Part shown: one piece after another, positions 51,181 to 60,801 of the stretch | How positions within the stretch are numbered: position 1 is the stretch's first letter | How the letters are laid out: the number at the start of each line of letters is the position of its first letter | Assembly: GCA_900542055.1 (NCBI GenBank) | Contig: UQMA01000001.1 | Coordinates: forward strand, 8,079 to 72,078 | Length of the DNA stretch: 64,000 nucleotides | Direction: 5' to 3' | From: an uncultured Azospirillum sp. | Lineage (GTDB): Bacteria > Pseudomonadota > Alphaproteobacteria > RF32 > CAG-239 | Notes under the pieces: generated by a model | Databases searched by the model: none | What the model was told of the DNA's origin: nothing | Seen by the model: only the letters and a program-made list of their open reading frames with translations | Translations under genes and position numbers: made by a program

Positions 51181-51370
51181 TAGAGTCTTTAAGTAGTATA
51201 TTGTTTGTCTTCGCAATGGGATTGGCTTTGCCGCTACGTCCTCGCTCGGCGTTGCCTCACCGGCGTACTACCGTTCTCCTCTCGCCCCTTGTCGACCCCA
51301 CTTTTTCGTGGCTCCTTATCCCGCCACTCCTAATAACAAAAAAGGCTACCTTTCGGTAACCTTCTTTTAT
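51181..51370. ncRNA. Candidate structured non-coding element, about 67% GC and C/T-rich on the plus strand, ending in hairpin ggctacc-tttc-ggtaacc
   Basis: Strong compositional contrast with the surrounding AT-rich DNA. No convincing protein-coding frame: only a 50-codon Pro/Leu/Arg-rich ORF, whose composition follows from the C/T bias. Strand and identity unknown. Confidence 0.3.
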
Positions 51371-51373
51371 TAT

Positions 51374-51448
51374 TGGAGCGGGTGAAGGGATTCGAACCCT
51401 CGACATCAACCTTGGCAAGGTTGCGCTCTACCCCTGAGCTACGCCCGC
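51374..51448 (-). tRNA. tRNA-Gly (anticodon GCC)
   Basis: Reverse complement: GCGGGCG acceptor, anticodon loop TTGCCAA, GGTTCGAATCC, CCA encoded. Confidence 0.9.
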
Positions 51449-51555
51449 ATCGTTAGAACGAGTTATTTAATAGCATATACAAAAAATTTTGCAAGTATTT
51501 TTTTCATATTTTTTATATTTTTTTGCTCTTTTAAAATAATGCCATTTTCATTTAT

Positions 51556-51597
51556 ATAAAAAATCCCCGAACTGCAAACAATTCGGGGACTTTTTTT
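51556..51597 (-). terminator. Hairpin tccccgaa-ctgcaaacaa-ttcgggga downstream of groEL
   Basis: A-run and T-run flank the hairpin. Confidence 0.75.
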
Positions 51598-51609
51598 ATA
51601 AAAGACCGG

Positions 51610-53271
<1,662 letters not shown>

Positions 53272-53559
53272 TTATTCAACTATACCCAACAAATCAGACT
53301 CTTTAACAATAAGTCTGTCTTCGCCATTGATTTTAACTTCTGTTCCGCCCCATTTAGCAAACAAAACATGATCTCCGACTTTAACTGTCATCGGAATAAT
53401 TTTGCCGTCTTCAGTGCGGGCACCAGTGCCGACAGCTTCAACAATACCTTCAGAAGGTTTTTCTTTAGCCGTATCCGGAATAATAATTCCACCGGCAGTT
53501 TTATTTACTTCTTCAAGTCTTTTGACCAAAACACGGTCATATAACGGTCTGATATTCAT
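53272..53559 (-). CDS. groES: Co-chaperonin GroES
   Basis: 95 aa. Mobile-loop region TAGGIIIP. Confidence 0.95.
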   Translation of the reverse strand: MNIRPLYDRVLVKRLEEVNKTAGGIIIPDTAKEKPSEGIVEAVGTGARTEDGKIIPMTVKVGDHVLFAKWGGTEVKINGEDRLIVKESDLLGIVE

Positions 53560-53630
53560 AACCTTTAACTCCTCTTAAATTTTTCTATACTTTAGTTAGT
53601 GATTGATTTTTTCAAAGTCAAGTTTACAGG

Positions 53631-53664
53631 CAAAAAAAATGCCGGAAAAATTTCCGGCATTTTA
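53631..53664 (-). terminator. Hairpin atgccggaaa-aa-tttccggcat
   Basis: Downstream of the ion-channel gene and upstream of groES. Confidence 0.7.
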
Positions 53665-53674
53665 TCTTTGCAAA

Positions 53675-54391
53675 TTAAAGCTCTGAACGCACCTTAAATT
53701 CTTTTTTGACCATAACCGCAATAACACTCAAAATAAAACTGATTATCAGCAAAAAAGAAATCATAACAAAAATAAAAAAGAATATCCAGGAATACGGATA
53801 AAGATGCATAACCGGACGCGCTATTGTCGAAGCCCAGCCGTCCAAAGTAAAAATTTGCACCAAACTGAAAACAGCAGACCACAAATCTTCAAAAGCAGGT
53901 ATGTCATCACCGAACATAGCCACCGACATCACGCCGAACACATAAACAAACACGCCCGAAACAACTGTCATTGCCATAAAATTAGGCAATATAGATATCA
54001 TTATATTAATAATGCTCTTCAACGGTTTAAAATGGCTGACATAGCGCAGCAACCGGAACAAACGGAATGTACGTAAAATTATAAAACAACTGGCCACAGG
54101 CATAGATGAAACGGCAATTACGCTCAAATCAAACACATTCCAGCCCGATTTAAAAAAGCGCGGACCGTAAGCATACATTTTCAAGAGCATTTCCATAATA
54201 AAAATAGCCATACAAAGCTTATCGAGCAAAAACATCGTTTTCATAAAATCAATATTATAAAAACCGATGGTTAGCATGCCCAAAGCAATTGCATCCATAC
54301 ATATAACAAACATTATCAAGTAGTCAAAATTATTGCCTTCAACTACTTTTCGAGCTTTTGAACGTTCTTCTGCAATATCAATAATTCCCAT
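53675..54391 (-). CDS. Voltage-gated-ion-channel-family protein (NaChBac-like single 6TM domain)
   Basis: S4-like RTFRLFRLLRYVSHFKPLK. Pore FTLDGWAS, compared with NaChBac TLESWAS. Confidence 0.65.
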   Translation of the reverse strand: MGIIDIAEERSKARKVVEGNNFDYLIMFVICMDAIALGMLTIGFYNIDFMKTMFLLDKLCMAIFIMEMLLKMYAYGPRFFKSGWNVFDLSVIAVSSMPVASCFIILRTFRLFRLLRYVSHFKPLKSIINIMISILPNFMAMTVVSGVFVYVFGVMSVAMFGDDIPAFEDLWSAVFSLVQIFTLDGWASTIARPVMHLYPYSWIFFFIFVMISFLLIISFILSVIAVMVKKEFKVRSEL

Positions 54392-54405
54392 TTCAGCCCC
54401 CTAAA

Positions 54406-55074
54406 TTAAAAAATAAAAAACAAGACCATACCAGCGGCAACAGCCAAAGCCGGTCCGAAAGCTCCGGCTTTTTGGCGTTTGACAATAGAATATACGCCGA
54501 ATAGCAAGCATGAAAGCAAAATCGTGTAAAGAAGTCCTTCAACACCGAGCCAAGCTCCTATTGCTGACAAAAGTTTTATATCTCCGCCGCCAAAAGCTTC
54601 TGTACTGCGCCACAGCATCAATAAAGTTGCTATAACCGGAATAACATAACCGGCCAAAGCCGCTACTGAGCTTTCAAACGGACTCAAAAAAGGATGAAAT
54701 GAAGCCGCAAAAACAAAACCGCAAATCAACAGCGGCACCGTTAATATATCCGGCAGCAACAAAATTTTACAATCGATTTCAGTAAGCAATATCAGTGTCC
54801 AAATAAAACCGAGCCACCACCAGACATTTTCGTTTTCTAAACGATACAAAAACAACGCCGTCGTCAATGCCGTAACTAAAGCATACAAAAAACTGCGCAT
54901 TTGGTATGCTTTTAATAGTTTTCTATATTTATCGTTTCGCCGATTTGATGTTTTGTTTTTTTTCACCAAGCGATAAAGAGCATAAGCCGGAGTTGCTGGC
55001 ATAAATTTTGCAAACCGCCGCGCCATATACGGCACCAAAGCCCCGAATAAAAATCCTGTAAAAATATAAATCAT
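54406..55074 (-). CDS. A24-family prepilin peptidase
   Basis: Two conserved Asp regions (EIDCKILLLPD, GGGDIKLL). Polytopic membrane protein. Confidence 0.7.
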   Translation of the reverse strand: MIYIFTGFLFGALVPYMARRFAKFMPATPAYALYRLVKKNKTSNRRNDKYRKLLKAYQMRSFLYALVTALTTALFLYRLENENVWWWLGFIWTLILLTEIDCKILLLPDILTVPLLICGFVFAASFHPFLSPFESSVAALAGYVIPVIATLLMLWRSTEAFGGGDIKLLSAIGAWLGVEGLLYTILLSCLLFGVYSIVKRQKAGAFGPALAVAAGMVLFFIF

Positions 55075-55137
55075 TGTTATACCGTAAAAATTATTATATT
55101 TTACTTTATAATAACAAAGACTAACAAATACTTAAAA

Positions 55138-55842
55138 TTATTTAATCAAATTCCAAAATTCAGCTAAATTTGAAGCGCTGAGATAAGGATTGCAAACTTT
55201 TTCTTCACCCAAAGTAAATGGCCCTGCCGGCAATCCCTGAGCTAGACGGCGTTTAGCTTTTTCGGCATAAATCTGCGCGGGCAGCCCGTTAAGTGAATAT
55301 AAGCCATAAGCCGTATATTCATGCCCGGGGTAAAACAAAACATCATCAGGCAATTTTTTTATTTTCTGCAAAGTATGCCACATTTGTTCCGGCGTGCCTT
55401 CAAATAATCCGCCGATACTGAGATTAAACAATGTATCTCCCGTAAATAAAATTTTATCTTTTGGAAAATACCATAAAATGTGCCCGATGGTATGACCGTC
55501 AGCCTCAATAATTTTTGCTTGGCTGTCGCCCAAATCGAAAACATCTCCGTCGTCAAGACAAATATCCATTCCTTCAATTCGTTTAGAATCAACCGCTGAA
55601 CCGACAATTTTAGCATTATAAAGCTGTTTCAGTTCCAAATTGCCTTCAACATGGTCAAAATGATGATGCGTATTAAATAAAAATTGCGGTTTAACGTTTT
55701 GTTTTTTGCACTCGGCAATTATCGGAACAGCTTCTGATGCGTCTAAAACTGCTGCCGTTAAAGTGGAGCTATCCTGAAGCAGATAAGCATAGTTATCCAT
55801 TTTTCCGGCGCGGCATAAAATAGGAGTAACTTTTAACATCAT
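55138..55842 (-). CDS. gloB: Hydroxyacylglutathione hydrolase (glyoxalase II, MBL fold)
   Basis: HHHFDHVEGN metal-binding motif. Confidence 0.8.
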   Translation of the reverse strand: MMLKVTPILCRAGKMDNYAYLLQDSSTLTAAVLDASEAVPIIAECKKQNVKPQFLFNTHHHFDHVEGNLELKQLYNAKIVGSAVDSKRIEGMDICLDDGDVFDLGDSQAKIIEADGHTIGHILWYFPKDKILFTGDTLFNLSIGGLFEGTPEQMWHTLQKIKKLPDDVLFYPGHEYTAYGLYSLNGLPAQIYAEKAKRRLAQGLPAGPFTLGEEKVCNPYLSASNLAEFWNLIK

Positions 55843-56759
55843 TTTTTCTCCAGCACTTTAATGTTTCCTAAATGCGATTCATCAATATTTATTAAATCAT
55901 AAAAGGTCAAAATATAGGTAAGCAATCCCGCATAATTTTCCAACGGCGAACCGGTCACCATATTATAAACCGTTGTACGTCCTTTCAATACCTGGTTATG
56001 CGCTCGCAATTGACGGCGGGAAATCCTGAAATGCTGAAAATTAATGTCGCTGTTGAGTTTCAAGGCGTAATCACGGATAGACTCATATAAATTAGGATAA
56101 ACGCGAATGCGATAACTGTCATCATCTTCGCCCGCTGGTTTAATGCCTTTATCAGTATACCAATCTTTGAGTTTATATAAAGAATTTCCCTTTTTGACTT
56201 CAACAGCCGTTCCCCAATTGCTTTCGGCTGCAGCCGTTGCAATTAAAAGAGCCGGCGGTATCTGATCAATTTTTTCAGCCAAGGCATTCAACAGAATATC
56301 AAAACGGTCACGGCCTTTCATACGAGTAAACACGTCATATTTTTTTGCCAAATTTTCAACTTTTTCTTTTTGCTTGGAATCCAGTTCTTTCCCTTTATCA
56401 AAAACTTCTTTTATTAAGATTAAATCTTGTCTTTCCAACGCAAGTTCTTCGTTTATTTTAAGCGTAAGCGGCGCCAACACCATAATAAACAATTGATTGC
56501 GTTCATCTTTTGACTTTATTTTATCAAAATCTGCAGGCAGATGTTCCAGCATAAGCGGCGGAATAGTTTTTTCTTTATTAATAACATTCACATAACCGTA
56601 ATCTTGAAAAATTTTTTTCATTACAGCAACATTCAAATTATCCAGATACAAACCATCGGGACGCAAATCCATTTTAAGTTTTGGCGCAGCATTAACGCAA
56701 GCAATTCCAAACAATGCAAGCAAAAATACAGGCAAAAAGATTTTTTGTTTAATTTTCAT
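55839..56759 (-). CDS. Secreted Bax/FlgJ-type glucosaminidase-domain protein
   Basis: Signal peptide MKIKQKIFLPVFLLALFGIACVNA. LIATAAAESNWGT matches the glucosaminidase motif. Confidence 0.6.
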   Translation of the reverse strand: MKIKQKIFLPVFLLALFGIACVNAAPKLKMDLRPDGLYLDNLNVAVMKKIFQDYGYVNVINKEKTIPPLMLEHLPADFDKIKSKDERNQLFIMVLAPLTLKINEELALERQDLILIKEVFDKGKELDSKQKEKVENLAKKYDVFTRMKGRDRFDILLNALAEKIDQIPPALLIATAAAESNWGTAVEVKKGNSLYKLKDWYTDKGIKPAGEDDDSYRIRVYPNLYESIRDYALKLNSDINFQHFRISRRQLRAHNQVLKGRTTVYNMVTGSPLENYAGLLTYILTFYDLINIDESHLGNIKVLEKK

Positions 56760-57300
56760 ATTTTTCCACGGCTTTAACTTCTGGTATATAATTTCGAATA
56801 ATTTTTTCAACTCCGTCTTTCAACGTTCTTTGCGCATACGGACAACCAACGCATTTTCCCTGCAATTCAACATAGACTATACCATTTTCTATTTTTTTTA
56901 CAGCAATATCTCCGCCGTCTTTTTGAATAGCCGGTCGAATTCTGGCGTTCAGCAGTCCGTTGATTTTATGTTCCAGCTCTTCAGCGCTCATAGTTTTATT
57001 TTCCAAAACTATTTCTTGTCCGGAAATTAAAAAATCCATAATTTCAGCTAAAATCTGCGGTTTTAAAATATCCCAAGAACCGCTGTCATTTTTAGTAACA
57101 GAAATACAATCAGGTGTAATCATCACCGATTTTATATCACCTAGATCAAACAAATTTTCAGCCAAAGGAGAACGACGGATTGACTTTGCATCGCTGTATT
57201 CGCTGCTGTTTTTAATATCTAATTTTTTTTCAGGATAAAAATGCATAAGATTATTATCCGATGACATTTGCGTTTCAATTCGCATTTTGTTTTTCTCCAT
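56749..57300 (-). CDS. NifU/Nfu-type Fe-S cluster assembly protein
   Basis: C-terminal GKCVGCPYA (CxxC) NifU domain. Confidence 0.75.
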   Translation of the reverse strand: MEKNKMRIETQMSSDNNLMHFYPEKKLDIKNSSEYSDAKSIRRSPLAENLFDLGDIKSVMITPDCISVTKNDSGSWDILKPQILAEIMDFLISGQEIVLENKTMSAEELEHKINGLLNARIRPAIQKDGGDIAVKKIENGIVYVELQGKCVGCPYAQRTLKDGVEKIIRNYIPEVKAVEKYEN

Positions 57301-58279
57301 TTAAATGCATATTAACTTTCATAAGTAAATTTTCCGCTTTTAAAACATAATAACCCAAACTTGTTAAATGATTAGCTTTAAATTTTGCTTCCAACTCGCC
57401 GTTAACAACCACATTTGGATTAATTTCAACGCTGTTTTGCAGCGACCGCAGCATCGTCGTCCATTCCGAATACAAATTTTCAGCCATTAACACCTGTTTA
57501 AAATCGCGTCCTATTTTTCGCAAAACCATCATATACGCATAAATCCGCCCTTGATTGAAATAAAAAACGTCATCAGCTTTACTGTCAAACCAACTGTTTC
57601 CACCTTCTCTGACTTCCGTTTCAATACTTAAAATTGCTTTATCCAAACCTCTGATAACTGCTTTATTTATGTCAAAAAGATTATTTGCGCTATGATTCCA
57701 AAAACACTTTTCCTCTTTCAGAGCCGTATTGACATCTTTCAGATATTTGCGAGCCTTTCTGTACTGACTTGAAGACGAAGGAGCGGTTTTTAGTTTGTTA
57801 TCGGGAGCAAACAGCCAAACATTCCCTGGATATGCCAGCAACTGTGCGCTTTCATTCAGTTCCGCTATGTTTTTATCATTTTCAAGGCATTGAATTTGAT
57901 GTGATAAAACTTTTATTATATCTGAAATTCCTTTAATAATTCCAGTTTGGAAATTAGGCATATTATCCAAACTGGAAGCCGGAAACAAAAAAGGCAGATT
58001 TGCACTCCAAATATGCTCATTAACTTCACGATTAATTAAATAAGCTGCCATTTCTAATCCTTCGGACTGCGATGAATCTAAATACGCAAAATCATAATCC
58101 GGAGTACGATCTATTTTTTCACTGACTATTCCACCCAAAGGATAATACAGAGTAACCACAAGTAAAATTGTTCCGATAAAAGCTTTCGGCCATGAATTAA
58201 ACAATTTTTTTATCAAAGCAAAACATTTAGATAATAAAATCATTATAAATTTAAATATTTGCAAAAAATATTGTTTCAT
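57275..58279 (-). CDS. Hypothetical N-terminally anchored protein (DUF2333-like)
   Basis: The start MKQYFLQIF overlaps the murJ stop (ATGA). Confidence 0.45.
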   Translation of the reverse strand: MKQYFLQIFKFIMILLSKCFALIKKLFNSWPKAFIGTILLVVTLYYPLGGIVSEKIDRTPDYDFAYLDSSQSEGLEMAAYLINREVNEHIWSANLPFLFPASSLDNMPNFQTGIIKGISDIIKVLSHQIQCLENDKNIAELNESAQLLAYPGNVWLFAPDNKLKTAPSSSSQYRKARKYLKDVNTALKEEKCFWNHSANNLFDINKAVIRGLDKAILSIETEVREGGNSWFDSKADDVFYFNQGRIYAYMMVLRKIGRDFKQVLMAENLYSEWTTMLRSLQNSVEINPNVVVNGELEAKFKANHLTSLGYYVLKAENLLMKVNMHLNGEKQNAN

Positions 58280-59919
58280 TTGGATCTCCTTTTTCGCAAA
58301 GCTCGTTTTATAAAAGCAAAAACATCTGTTACACCGCATAATTTTATGAGAAACAAGAACAAAATACCACCCAAAGAACATATCACGCCTAAAAGCAGCA
58401 ATTTAGCTATTGTTGAAAAACTCAACCAGTCTTCAAATAAAAATTCTATTCCTTCTTTTTCAATATACAGAAAAACGCCCATTATAAAAGAACATCCTAT
58501 TATCTTGGCGATTCTCGAGCATAAATCTGCTGAAAAGCACCAATATTTTCTTTTTTTCAAACCATGGACATATTGATAAAAAGATACAAAAGCCGCCAAA
58601 GTTGTCGCCGCTGCTATACCTACGTGTCCGAATGGTTTCATAAGCAACAAAGCAAACAACAAATTTGCAAAAAGCACAACTACGCTATATTTAACCGGAG
58701 TTTTAGTGTCACAGCGTGCAAAAAAATTAGGAGTCATAGCTTTAACCATTACATAAACAGGCAAACCAACGGCATAGGCAATAACTGCTTTTGCCGTCAT
58801 CACTGTTTGCAAGGTTCCAAATTTACCATGTTGAAACAAAATATTGACAAGAGGCGTTGCCAACACAATCATTATTACCGCCGCCGGTATTGACATCAAA
58901 GCGCCATATTCTATTGCCTTATCCTGTGTCTGATTCGCTTCAGAAATTTGTCCGGCTTTTAGTTGTTTTGACAATATCGGCAGCAAAGCAACTCCAATAG
59001 CTGCTCCAACGACGCCTAAAGGCAATTGCTGCAATCTGTTCGCGTAATACAACCAAGAAATAGCTCCGGTTCCAACCAGCGAAACCAAAATAGTGTCAAC
59101 CATCATATTAATCTGATAAATTCCAGCGCCGAACACGCCCGGAGCAATACGTTTAAATAGTATTTTTATTTCATTGGATTTCATTAAGTTTAAAACATCT
59201 TTTTGCGGATAAATAAAGACATCTTGTCTTTTTAGAAAATAGTGCAGCCATATAACTTCCAGCACTCCGGCAGCAGGAATTCCCAAAGCAATGCGATAAG
59301 CCGGCGTTGCAATAAAAGGCATAAGAACAAAAACCGAAGCAATCATAGTCAGATTCAATATAACGGGAGCAGCTGCCGGAGCAGCAAACTTGTTTAGCGA
59401 GTTTAATATGCCTGATTGGAAAGAAACTAATGAAATTAGTAACAAAAAAGGAAATGTAATTCTTGACAAAAAAACGGCTAATTTTATTTTTTCTGCATCA
59501 TCTGAAAATCCCGGAGCCAAAAACATAACTACTACCGGCATCAATATTTCCATAATTAGCACAAACACCCCGACAAACAAAGCCAAAACTGAAATTGCCT
59601 GCGCTGCGAATTTAATGGCGTTTTCTTTACCGTTACCGACTAATTTTTGTGAAAAAATCGGAACAAAAGCCGCCGTAAAAGCCCCCTCTGCAAAAAGACT
59701 TCTAAATAAATTCGGTAATTTAAAAGCTACAAAAAAAGCATCGGAAACAGCTCCTGCCCCCAAATAATTTGCAAGAACGACATCGCGGAAAAAGCCTGTA
59801 ATTCTGCTGATTAGGGTCCAACCGCCAAATGTTGTTATAGATTTCAATAAAGACATTTTCTTCTCTGGACAAATTATCAAAACAAAGGCATTATATGCCA
59901 CAAAACAGAATAAATCCAA
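58276..59919 (-). CDS. murJ: Lipid II flippase MurJ (MviN)
   Basis: 547 aa, 14 TM. MLSLLKSITTFGGWTLISRITGFFRD N-terminus. Confidence 0.9.
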   Translation of the reverse strand: MDLFCFVAYNAFVLIICPEKKMSLLKSITTFGGWTLISRITGFFRDVVLANYLGAGAVSDAFFVAFKLPNLFRSLFAEGAFTAAFVPIFSQKLVGNGKENAIKFAAQAISVLALFVGVFVLIMEILMPVVVMFLAPGFSDDAEKIKLAVFLSRITFPFLLLISLVSFQSGILNSLNKFAAPAAAPVILNLTMIASVFVLMPFIATPAYRIALGIPAAGVLEVIWLHYFLKRQDVFIYPQKDVLNLMKSNEIKILFKRIAPGVFGAGIYQINMMVDTILVSLVGTGAISWLYYANRLQQLPLGVVGAAIGVALLPILSKQLKAGQISEANQTQDKAIEYGALMSIPAAVIMIVLATPLVNILFQHGKFGTLQTVMTAKAVIAYAVGLPVYVMVKAMTPNFFARCDTKTPVKYSVVVLFANLLFALLLMKPFGHVGIAAATTLAAFVSFYQYVHGLKKRKYWCFSADLCSRIAKIIGCSFIMGVFLYIEKEGIEFLFEDWLSFSTIAKLLLLGVICSLGGILFLFLIKLCGVTDVFAFIKRALRKRRSK

Positions 59920-60014
59920 CCGATTTTTGAATTAACTGCATTTTTTTATTGACAAAACTTTCAAATATTGGGATAATAGACAAAAAAGATGGGAAATTAT
60001 TAAGGAGAGCCCAA

Positions 60015-60374
60015 ATGACCAAATTACTAAACGAAAATAACGCCAAACATATTTTTTCTTCGGAAAATGGCGGCGCTCATAGTTTTATGAGTAAAGGCGG
60101 CGTTAAATATACAAGTGCAGCAGGAATTGAACCTGCTGACGCAAATAAATCTTACATCAGCAATGTGACCATCTCAAAAGGAGGAACTTCTTGGGTGAGT
60201 TCTATGACAAAAGCTCCTGAATATTTGGCTAAATTGCGCTATGATACCAAAGAACTTTCTCACGGCAGTTTTGATAGTCAAGATAAAAGCTTGGCTCAAA
60301 CAATGGTTAAAAATGCTGAAAAAGAAATAGCCCAAAATGCCGTTTTGAAATCCCGTCAAGCCTATACTATGTAG
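60015..60374 (+). CDS. Hypothetical protein (119 aa)
   Basis: SD aaggag 7 nt upstream of the internal ATG. The ORF-track start at 59949 is probably an extension. Confidence 0.4.
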   Translation: MTKLLNENNAKHIFSSENGGAHSFMSKGGVKYTSAAGIEPADANKSYISNVTISKGGTSWVSSMTKAPEYLAKLRYDTKELSHGSFDSQDKSLAQTMVKNAEKEIAQNAVLKSRQAYTM

Positions 60375-60389
60375 TTTCTCCTTAAAAAA

Positions 60390-60421
60390 TCAAAGCCGTT
60401 CTGAAAAGAGCGGCTTTTTTA
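60390..60421 (+). terminator. Hairpin agccg...cggct with T-run
   Basis: After the 60015..60374 gene. Confidence 0.6.
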
Positions 60422-60750
60422 TTGCATACCTTGCAACCCCCGATTTTAGCTGAATGCAAAGGTATCATTAGCCTCAGTTCCAAGCTAACTAGGCGTAATC
60501 AGACATGATTGTTTATATAATATTATTATAGATATCCCCTGTAAACTGGAGGTTTCAGCAAAGCTTGCAATAAACCATATTGATAAAAATACGCCTTAAT
60601 TAAAATCTTCCTAAATACAAGTAATATTAATTATATTATGTTTCCCCTAAAAACTTACAAGTTTAACATTTGAAGGAAATGTTAATACCATTATCTAAAA
60701 ACGTCACATTTTAACGATAAATTTTCACTAACTTATCAACGTTCGAACCA

Positions 60751-60783
60751 TAAAAAAACGCTCCATATCGGAGCGTTTTTGTA
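60751..60783 (-). terminator. Hairpin cgctcc-atatc-ggagcg with A-run and T-run
   Basis: Downstream of the 897-aa repeat-protein gene. Confidence 0.75.
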
Positions 60784-60801
60784 TTAGACCACCGTTAACA
60801 G

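Noticed and set aside
50842-51216. 124-aa minus-strand ORF
   Set aside because: Low-complexity, Phe/Tyr/Ile-rich translation with no motifs. It runs through a region with strong compositional shift, so it is more likely non-coding.
51181-51370. tmRNA (ssrA) hypothesis for the GC-rich island
   Set aside because: No tag reading frame ending in ...LAA/stop and no GGTTCGA(C/A)TCC T-loop outside the annotated tRNAs. It is left as an unclassified candidate ncRNA.
53560-53640. CIRCE (TTAGCACTC-N9-GAGTGCTAA) or a clear sigma32 promoter upstream of groES
   Set aside because: No match to the CIRCE inverted repeat. The -35/-10 candidates were too weak to call.
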